DNA of 64,000 nucleotides from Takakia lepidozioides (lineage: Eukaryota; Plantae; Bryophyta). Shown in pieces: positions 54,271-64,000 of this stretch. The stretch spans positions 51,026,001 to 51,090,000 of the forward strand of contig CM060731.1 of the NCBI GenBank assembly GCA_030704615.1, written 5' to 3'. Numbering within the stretch: the first letter of the stretch is position 1; the number at the start of each line of letters is the position of its first letter. The notes beneath the pieces are model-generated. The model made no database searches. It saw nothing but the letters and a program-made list of their open reading frames with translations, and had not been told where the DNA came from. A program made the translations under genes and the position numbers.

Positions 54271-56749
54271 TTCCAGAGAGGGAGAGAGAACTGTTTTTAA
54301 TTATACCCATCATTTTGTGGTACCGGATCCTGACTCTCTGGGGAAAAAGCAGGGCACAGCGAAATAGAATGTTCTCATTGGCTGTTGCATGCAAACCTTG
54401 GATGGCTGTAGGACGTAGCCTTACCAGCATAGCCCACCTGGAACAATCCGTAATTGCCACATTGGTGAGACAGTTGATGACACCCTGGTCACAAGACACC
54501 CTTGGTGAGAAGGATTTGAGCATCATACCCAAAAGCATGAGGTTGATTCCACCACTGTCTTTTGGCCCTGATAGAGCTACAGCTTGCTCTTAGTAAGGGA
54601 ACACAGAGATAAGAACTGTAGTTTTGACCCTCACAAATTGTTAGTAACTAGAGGCAACAGCCCTAGGAAGGTATTTTGAGTGCAGTCCTTTGCAAACAGT
54701 GGAGGTAATTTGGCGCACGAATTTATGTAAGGAAGGAGTGGTGATCAAGAATCTTCAGTCATGGTCGAGGTTGCTTAGTTTACCAGGCCATCATTGTAAT
54801 TGACTCTAGGCACTGGCCTGGTCAACTGGAAGTGTCTGCAGTTGTGATAACCAAAGAAATCCAAGTGTAGCAAGGGCTTTAGAATAAGCAATTATTAAGA
54901 AGTGATGCGGAAGTCTTGTAATTTGCATGAACTGCTAACCTTGTACCTTGAATAAGCTATGACAGGTGACAGTTAGACTGCCCAGAATAGTTTTCATGGA
55001 TATATATAGTTTTCATGCATCTGCAAGCATTTTCACATGAAGGCTGATCATCGAACCCTACACTCTTTCATTTGCAACTGGAGATAAGTCTCCAGATTAT
55101 ATGGACTTGCAGAGTGACAAATTGAGGTTTTCAAAAGAGAAAGTTTTTAACAAGATGTATCTACACTTAAGTCATGTCATTTAGCCTTTTATCCAATTTG
55201 GCATAGCCCGCATGGTGCTTTCTAAGAATTGCATAAAAGTTTGTAATGATTTAATGGTGTTATAGATAATAGCATATAGGTCTTGAGTCCAAATACTTTG
55301 GGTGGAAATATGGTATGTTATTCATTTAGTGGGGACAAGTTAGATGACGCCACATGGTGAACACCTGATTAATTGGCCGGTGCCACATTTAGAACAGTTG
55401 AAGGAAGATATTTATTGGCCCTGCCTTTCTAAGGCAGGACTACACAACTTAGGGTTTTGATGCTTAGCACCCATACTTGCAATTAAGTTTCGAATTAGAT
55501 CAAAAATAAAAATAAAAATAAAAATCAAGACAAGGTGTAATGGGAGTATTTCATCCATACCTATGAATGAATGAAATCCCTGGATGAATAGTTTCATGCA
55601 TGCGTAAGTACCCATTGCAGGCCCATATTCTCTCCCCAAGGTAGACAATGATTTGTATTTCCTATTTGCTCTCCTTGAAATTTCTGATTCTCATAATGGA
55701 AGACTTATGTGAGGACAGTTGATTCTCCCACAGATCTCATAGCAAAGAGTGCAGGAAAAGAAGAAGTGAAAAGAACATAATGAAGGTACTCATTTTAGGG
55801 CAATTTCTGCATTAAATGATTGGAAAGAACATGAAAATTCAACTAAATTACAAAAGTTTAAGTGTTGGAATGACACTGGAGGTCACACCTGGGCCTCTAC
55901 ATGGGAAACGACTTGGATACAAAGGAGATTGCACTTGGGCTTAGATGGACCTTAACATAGGAGACGGACTTGGACACGTAGGAAATTGCACTTGGTCTTA
56001 GTTTTCAATTCTTCAGACATGGTCCAACGGCACAAGCTACCCTAGGTAGTTTGTTTGTCTGTTTTGTTTTGTAGCATTGAGATCTCCCAAACCGCGAACC
56101 CCAGTCCTTGTGCTTGGTCCGGTTGGAAAGCACTCGATGAGGAGGGGTGCACCGGCTTGGTCTCATGATTTTTGGACCTATGGTGTGGGAGATATCGAAT
56201 TACAAGTACTTTTGGTCAGTGGAAATTTGCAAAAAATAGCAAAGTGGGTCCTGGAGCAATGATGGGCGCCCCTTATGTGAGAGATTTGGATTTCAAGCGT
56301 TTTTAGTCTCAGGAAATTCATGAAAAGAAATATTTGAGGAATATAAAATGACTGTAATATATGTGCTCAACATCATATACCACACTATCAATGTCACTAA
56401 CCCCATGGAGTGAAAGAAGTTCTATTCAAAGATTTACTGCTTCTCTTTGATGAAATATATATATATATTAGGGAATAGGGAACTGAGGTCCTAGATCATT
56501 TATTCGTATTACTACTCAATACATTCAATGAAAAAAAAATGGAATATAAAATGATTGTATAGTATGTGCTGAAGGACACATACCCCACTATGAATGTTCG
56601 CGAACTATGTAGTCCAAGAAGTGGTCCAAGTAGTGGGCTTTCCTGGAACAGTGATTGGCCTTTCATGTGGGAGATCTGGGTTTTCAAGTGTGGAGATTTA
56701 CTGTTTCTGTTTGATGAAAATGAAATATAAATTCATGAAAAAAAAAATG

Positions 56750-59700
56750 GTTATTTTTTTTTATTTTTTTATTTTGTTTAATGAAAGGGGACAGAGGCCC
56801 CTTTAATCAAATTAATAGAAAAGTCAGAAGGTGGAAAAAATAACCACCACCAAGGCCGTGAGGCTTGCTGAGGGGAAACTTCCCCGTGACCCTAGCAAAC
56901 AAGCTAAACAGCAAGAGGTAAATGAGAGCTAGAGAGAGATGTGTTTGAGAGAGAGGTATAGATTATAGGAAGGATTTTAGGGTGATCGAAATAGTGGTTG
57001 TAAAGAGGAGGTATGCAAAAAACGAAGGAAGTGCAGGAGAGGCAGCGTTTGCAATAACATGTTCGCGATTTGAAGGTTTTGAGCTGCCAAGGCTGCTAAG
57101 TGAGGAGATTGAGGAGTAAGATTGGGGGAGCAAGAATCATCAGTACAGCCGACTGCCAGTGTTGGTACGAGAGTCTGAGCTGATCCAAAACCCAGGTATC
57201 AGAACCTCAGTTGTGCTCTTGATTTAGTGTCCCTAGCTCTTTTATGCCTCCAATTGAATTCGGCCTCATCTCCCTCACCAGGGGACTTCCCATTGAGTGG
57301 GGATGGCATCTTTCCAAGTAAAGCACATGTCGGGAAGGATGGAGCCGAGCAGGTCGCCTTTGCCCCAGGAGTGTATGAAATCTTGAAGCAGCTTGCGTCC
57401 TCGTTGTTCTGAAGTTCTGGGAATAGCTGCACACACAGAGTCCCACGCTTTCCTCCCCTCAGTTAACAGATCATGATATGTATGAAACAAGATCGATCTG
57501 CCTTTGGGGTGTTTGCCCTCATAAACCCAGGCACACCTTGCTTTCCACAGATTCCATAAGGTGTGAGCCCTCAGAGAAGCCCAGACCAGGCAGCTAACCT
57601 GAGATTGAGCAACCTGAACATTGAGGAGCAGCAGTGAAGGAGGGGGTGGATTGGTGAAAGAGGCCCAGTGAGAATAGAATCCAAGAATTACTCTCCATAT
57701 CCTACTTGAGATATTGCAGGAAAGCAAACAGTGTTCAATAGACTCTGGTTCAAGCAGGCAGAGGGGGCAGGCAGGCTGGTTCTCATGGGTAACAAGCCTA
57801 ATGGGAAGTATTATGTGTGCCAATTTCCATAGGAAGCCGGATACTTTTGCAGAACAATCCTTTCTCCAAATGTCTCTCCAGACTTTGTCCCAGCAGCCTT
57901 GAGGTAAACTGTGGTTGCCCCATTTGGCTGTCCATTTTCTTTGAAAAGAGTGAGGTGGGTTGATGAGAGAGTAACCCAGCTTCACAGAATAACCAAAGAA
58001 AGGGGTTTTTTGTTGTCCATCCACCGCCACTCTCCTGGATCGAATTGCAAATCAGCCAAAGGGCAGGTGAGGAACCAGGTAAATGATTCGTGAAAGGCCC
58101 ATTGTACTTCCATTCCTGGGGGAGGCAAGGGGTTGGCATTGCCTTTACTGTCCAACACTCTTATGTGGCAGAGGTTGTCCTTGTTGTGGTCTGTAATGCC
58201 TTGAAAAGCCAGACTGTCTTCGGCATCTGGTATGAAGCCTATCCATGTTGCTGTGTTTCCATGCGTGGAGAGAACGAGGATTACCGTCCATTGATTGTCC
58301 GTTGGTGCAGCCATCCAAGCGGGGACTATCTAGTCTGTTTGTGGTTCATCAAGGATGGGCATCATGTATTGTGGGATATTTGATAGGACAGTGTTCCAAG
58401 CTCTGGACCTTCTTCCACCCAGGGATGTAGAGACTTGCTCCTCCGTCAAGAACTGGTCCTGCTCTCTAATAGAGGCGATGTGGGTGAAGCCTTTCCCTTC
58501 CAAAAAAGCCCATGCCGGGGTATGTTTTAGCAGAGGGGTAGAGTCCATGTTGAAGTTGATGAACAGCGGCTAGCGGAGGCATTCTTGTATAGTGGCAGGC
58601 ATTCTCTGCGTGAGGTTGCCCCTTAGGGCATGCCATGCTTTCCAGATTGTTTGCCATGGTCTAGAACCCAGCTTAATTCCTACATTTCTACCTTGGACAA
58701 TCCATCTAAGAGAATGAGCCCATAGGGGAGAAGATGCGGGGATAGACCCCATCAAATAAGGCTGAATGAGTTTGTTCCAGGGAGTACTCCTGTGTTTTAT
58801 TGCCCTCGGTATCCACTTTGCGAGTAGTGCTTTGATTGAGCTGCAATGTCCAAAATTTCCAAGCCTCCCCGCTTTTTCTTTTGGCACAGCTGGTCCCATA
58901 ATGGCATAGCGGGGGTGGCCCCCCAGATGAAATTTCTAATAAGGGCTCTAATTATCTCCTTATGAAGGGCGCTGGCCTCCAGGTCCTATACTACAGCAAA
59001 AAACCATAGCGAGCCTTCCAGAACTTGATTGGCTACTAGTGCTCTGCCCACTATAGAAAACATTGCCGAGCTCCAAAAAACCAGGCTTCTCTTAAGTCTG
59101 GAAAGCGGGGCGAGTGGACAACCTTGTCATACTGATCTGGATATTGGGAAGGATCTGGAGATTACCCCATTAACCATTACCTTGCTGGAGGCCGAATGAA
59201 GTAGTATCTGAACCCATGCTAGGAAATGACCCCCTAGCCCTGTTTTTTCCAAAACCTTCATGAGAAAAGGCCAGTCAATGGAGTCGAAAGCCTTCTCAAA
59301 ATCCAGCATAAGGAATGCCAATGGCTGATTATTCACCTCAGCCCTGTGGAGGCTCTCATGGGCTAGAAGGATGTTATCAAGAATCATGTGATCCTTGAGG
59401 AAGCCCATTTGATTTTTCCTTCTAATGTTCGGCAGCAACGGTTGCACCCTGAGTGCCAAGGCCTTTCCAATGATTTTATAGGTAGAGTTTAGCAACGTGA
59501 TTGGCCGATAGTTTGCCATATTGTCTCTCCTCCCTTTTTGAAAATTAGTGTTACCCGTCCCTCCGAGATCTGGGATGGCATGATATTTTTGTCCAAGATG
59601 TCATTGGCCGTTGACAGGAAATCTGCATCTCCTATAGTTTGCCAAAGAACTTTAAACAGCTCAATAGGGAGGCCGTCCGGGCCTGGTGATTTTTGAGAGG

Positions 59701-60339
59701 CCATGGAATCCACTGCCCTTCCCAATTCCTGCATGTCAAAGGGTGATGTCAGGCTTGTTTTTTCCCTGTCAGAGAGAGCACAAGGGACCTAGCTGATGAG
59801 AGTCGCCATAGCATGGTCTTTTTGATCTGTGGGGGGCTGCCCTTGGAAGAGCCGCTGAAAAAACCTTGCGGCCACCGATGCCATCTTTTTGGGGTCTTTG
59901 ACCAGCAATCCAGTGTCAGGATCATGCAAGGCCGGTACCAGAGTCGCTGCTCTCCTTTGTGTTGTTTTGGCAAAGAAGTATTTTGTCATTTTTTTGCCCT
60001 TTAGTGACCAGTTAACTCCTGCCTTGATTCTCATGAAGTTCACCCTAGCATGCAACAGAAGTGACAGATTTCTTTTGGCAAGTCTCTAGGACGTCATTGT
60101 GTATGGGCCCTCGTTTCCTGTCTGCAATTGGTACTGGCATACCTCCAGACATTTTGTCAAAGCTTTATGCCTGAGATTGCTTTCTTCAGCTTTCTCCCTG
60201 GATATATCCTGATAGAGGTTCCTCAGTATACGCATCTTTGCCAGGAATCGAGCTGTGGGTGAGTGGAAGGGAGTGACAGCAGTTGTCCACGCATTTTCCA
60301 GAGCTTTAACAACCTCTTGATCCTTTAGAAAAGTCGGGT
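56750..60339 (-). mobile_element. L1/Tx1-clade LINE ORF2 (RT + zf-RVT), decayed and cut off by the CACTA insertion
   Basis: KSPGPDGLPIELFK; NYRPITLLNSTYKIIGKALA; LDFEKAFDSIDW; CPLCLLEPESIEHCLLSC; LWNLWKARC. T-rich tract at ~56750-56780 is the A-rich tail on the minus strand. Confidence 0.9.
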
Positions 60340-63300
60340 CACTACAGGAAAATGGGGGCCTTTGCAACGCCTGAGCCACGCCGCAGCGTCGGAAAAACGC
60401 CCATTTCGGGCAGGGGGCAGGCACATAATTTGCAACGCCCGGCCGTCGCATGGGCGTCGCCAAATGACGTCGCAAAAATGCTACGTATGGGGGTCGCGAG
60501 CCCCCACCCCAACTCTCGTGACTGCCGGACGTCGCTTTTCAGGCCGTCCGCGCCGATGGCAGGGGCCTCCTTCGAACGACGTCTCGCCGTCGCGGCCCTC
60601 CAGCCGACGGCGTTGGTGGGGGCGCCGGCGCGGCGTCGCATCCCTTTTTTTTTCTAACCTGCCCGGGAGTCCCATCCTAAAACCCAAAAACACGTGGCGT
60701 AAGCCAGGTGGTACGCCAAACGACGCCAGTGCGTCGCTGCAAGCGACTATTAGGCGTGGCAAAATAGCATGAGCAGGAGTCGGGCTCCGCCACGCCCGGG
60801 CATGGGTTTTTGCGACGCTCTGGTGTCGGTTTTTTTTTTTATTTAATAATAATAATAAAGACGTGGCGCAGGTAGGGTGGCGGGCTCCGCGATGCTAGGG
60901 TGTCACGGCTTGCGACCCCCGGACCAAAAAAACACGTCGCAGGGGGTGTCGGGCGTTGCCGCCCGCAAATGGGTTTTGCGACGTCCGACCGTCGCGGCTT
61001 GCGACCCCTGCCCAAAAAAGCACGTCGCCATTGGCGACGTCCTGCAGTCGCGAGGGCAACCTAGTGGGGGGGGGTTGGGAGTTGATTTTGGGGGTGAATT
61101 GGGGGTGGTTTTTGTTTTTTGCCTGGATTTGTTTTTGGGGATGGGAGACCTTACAGCTCCATTTCTTTGATTTAGCAGGTACACAATTGAGCAAGCCAAG
61201 GGGAGGTCACTTCCAAATATTACCACTTGACGTGCAAAAAAATATAGGGTGCCGAAAATTTTGAGAAAATAAAATTTAGAATACATTTAGAAATACTATA
61301 AGGTACCAATATAAGGTACCAATATATTGGCAGCACCACATTTAAATTAAAATAGGGTCCAAAATAAAGACGTATTCCAAAAAATATTAAAACTAATATA
61401 GGATGGAGAGAAATTAAAGGGACACGTGTCGTTCAGTGACAAGCAATTCGGGACATGCAGCGGAGAGGGCGTAGATGCATGTGCATAGCAACCCTAGGCT
61501 TCCCTCTCTCCTGTCAGCTGCAATTCGTGGCGACATTGTGCTACACTAGCAGAGAGATGGTGAGGCGCTCAGTGGTACAAGCATTGTGGCCCACAGGTTT
61601 TGAAGCTTGCAGGGCGTGACAGTGAATAAGCGTAGATTGAGAGGGGAATGATGGCAACCCCATAATGTTTTTTTTTTTAAATTTTCAGGTTAATATAGGG
61701 TGCCCTATATTTGTTACCTGCTATAAAATATAAATAATATAGCTTGCAAGAAAATATGCCATATTACAACATTATGTAATAATAGGGTGGCCAAAAATTT
61801 AGAAAATAAAATTAATACCCCCATAGAAAATGTCTGTTTGCCTCACGTGCCTGGGAAACTAGATAGGGAGTGACCTCCCCGAGGAGCAAACATGAATCGA
61901 GGGTGAGGGCGGTGCGTCACATGAATAAGATGGAAGATGGAAATATATTTACAGGAAATGAGCTGAAAAGCTCACAAGGGTTTAGTAGGCTGACCTTGGG
62001 ACCTACATGGACTAGGACTAGTCATCCTCATCCTTATCCTCAAGTGGAGGACTCAGAGCTATCCAATGAGCCTGATGACTCTGCGGCCTTTACCAGAGCA
62101 CCTAACTAAGGTGGCGTTCCCCTAAGTCCCACAGAGCTCTCATCCAATCCCTGGCCATGACCCCCGACCTCATCCATACTAGTGCCCTGTAGTGCACTCA
62201 TCCCCTCCGTGTTGGCCATGTTCTTCATGAGGGATTGCCAACCATGCTCCTTGGCATAGTTGTACTCTACCGGAGATGGCTTCCTCTCAAACGCGCGTTG
62301 CTATACATGCCACAAATTAAAGTCAGTTCTTTGCGATGATGGAGCCAGAAAGAAGACATAAAAAAACCCATAGAGATGTACGACTTACAAATCGCAAGAT
62401 AAAACCATTGGATCCACCAGCGCCTCACTTGTGTGTGGATTCGTGCTTGTCAAGACGGACTGTTGTTGCTTCGCGTGCCCGGTCAAATTTGGCCTTGTTT
62501 GCGGCATCAGTCTCTCCCGCAATGAGTGCATCCCACGATACCTATGCACCCCCCCTCCCAACAATTAGTGAATTACACACATACGTTGCATCGAATCCAC
62601 CTCATTAATGTACATGCGACAAATGGAAGGTGACATGATTCAGGATTTGCCAACCTGTGTAATTCCATAAGGTGGTTTGGATATGGCCCCCTTTTCCATT
62701 GCCCTCCGAATGATCTGTCTGGCACGGTACCTCCTGTCCTTCAAGTTTCGCCCCACCATCTCCATCACCCTTGTGTCACTCCAATTGCCCGGAAACCGGC
62801 GGTCTAACTCACGGGCATACGCCCGCTTCGCGCCAAAGTGCTGATCAGCCCACTCGATGTGCAAAGGGAACCACCTCATTGCGAGTTCGAAGGCTGGTTT
62901 CTTCATAGCCTCCCAGAACGCACCGCAGGGGTCACCATGGCGATTCACCTCCACCGGTGGCACCACGATCTTTGCCAACTCCACGTCCTTTATCGCCAAG
63001 GGCATGTTCTTCTTCCCACCCTCTCCTTCTTCGTAGCCTCCTTCCCTTGCTCCTTTGTTACCCCACTGCCCTCCCCCGCATGCACACTCACCCCTTCCTC
63101 TCCATGGGACTTCTTCTTCTTCTTCTTCTTCTTTTCCTTCCCCTTCCCCGCTACTTCCTCTCTCTCCTTCTCCCTCTCCCTTCTCTCTCTCTCCTCGGCA
63201 GCCCCTTCATTGATGGTAAAAGGGATCTCGGGAGGTCGAGGCCTCTTCTTCTTACCTTTGGTGTTCGGGTCCTTCATGACCACTACGTGCTCTCCCTCAT

Positions 63301-64000
63301 TGGCAACCCCACTGGATTGCACCAATGAGGCCAGCCATGTTATGGCCTCCTGAAGACAAATAACCCCTCCAAATTCAAAAAAAGAAACAAACAACAAAGA
63401 AAATCATGCATGCAAAGGAAAGGATAAAACATTGAACAAGGTGCGACAGTTGTACCTTTGCAAGTTTGTCCGACTCGCCCCCGGTGTCATCCGATGTGGC
63501 AGGAGTCCCCGTTGCCGGATGTGCCCACTCTATCCCCTCCCGGAGCGCCACTGGAAGTAGATTCCAGATGTGGAGCATAGCCGGCGGCGGCGCCCCATAG
63601 TCCAGGCCCTTCTTTGCTGACCGGCCTCATTAGGAAACAACCTCTACATTCCATCTATACCAGATGGACTCTAAACAGTGTTTTCACCAGCCTTATAAAG
63701 GTTTTCTATCCGTACCGGAAGAATCACCTGGGTGGACACTAAAATACCTCTAAAAAATGCCTATAATTTTTCATTGCTCTTTTATTGACTTTCATCTATA
63801 CCAGATGAGTCACCAGAGAATGAGGAATTACCTCCGTAGGGGTTGTGACACTGGCATCTTATCTATAATTTTTCCATCCATACCGGATGAAAAATACCAG
63901 GATAATAATTCATGTTATTCCTCCTTTATGCTTTTTTTCCGTACTGGATGAAGCTTTTTTTAAGGGGATGGTGAATTACCTGCTAGGATGAGAAACCGAT
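60340..64000. mobile_element. CACTA (En/Spm) DNA transposon, left end; continues beyond the window
   Basis: Starts CACTACAGGAAAATG exactly where the L1 reading frame breaks. ~700 bp of GC-rich GCGACG/CGTCGC subterminal repeats follow. Confidence 0.85.
62150..63630 (-). pseudogene. CACTA-associated (TnpA/Transposase_24-like) spliced gene
   Basis: Exonic pieces GDPCGAFWEAMKK...WADQH...MGRNLKDRRYRAR and AANKAKFDRAREATT...THKxGAGGSNGF, plus a K/E-rich N-terminal region. Inside the CACTA element; the family call is tentative. Confidence 0.5.

Noticed and set aside
60342-61286. Multiple ~100-aa ORFs in the CACTA subterminal region
   Set aside because: Artefacts of GC-rich repeats that lack stop codons.

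Overview
Plant nuclear DNA with spliceosomal introns; the PPR and TE types suggest a non-seed land plant such as a bryophyte (inference). From ~19.9 kb onward the window holds five ordinary host genes: a PLS-DYW PPR editing factor, a VID27/DEM-like gene, a group IV CDPK, RMI2 and a SOL1/carboxypeptidase D-like gene. These are interspersed with TEs: a hAT MITE, LINE fragments, SINEs, an L1 and the left end of a CACTA element. The first ~17.8 kb is different: a decayed, compact, multi-gene block that looks like the cargo of a large mobile element. It encodes (i) a protein with RNA Pol II CTD-like SPxYSPxSP repeats, (ii) a ParB/DGQHR-like domain fused to a degenerate beta-class amino-methyltransferase-like domain, split by a full-length chromoviral Ty3/Gypsy element (3554-10514, CAAAA TSD), and (iii) three NIF/FCP1 (CTD-phosphatase-like) HAD domains with altered catalytic motifs. 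The block also carries at least 8 copies of a 24-bp palindrome (AACCTCCACTG-NN-CAGTGGAGGTT), placed mostly in introns or intergenic DNA and not seen elsewhere in the window. No transposase or integrase for this block is visible here. All domain calls are by-eye motif recognition; no database searches were run.
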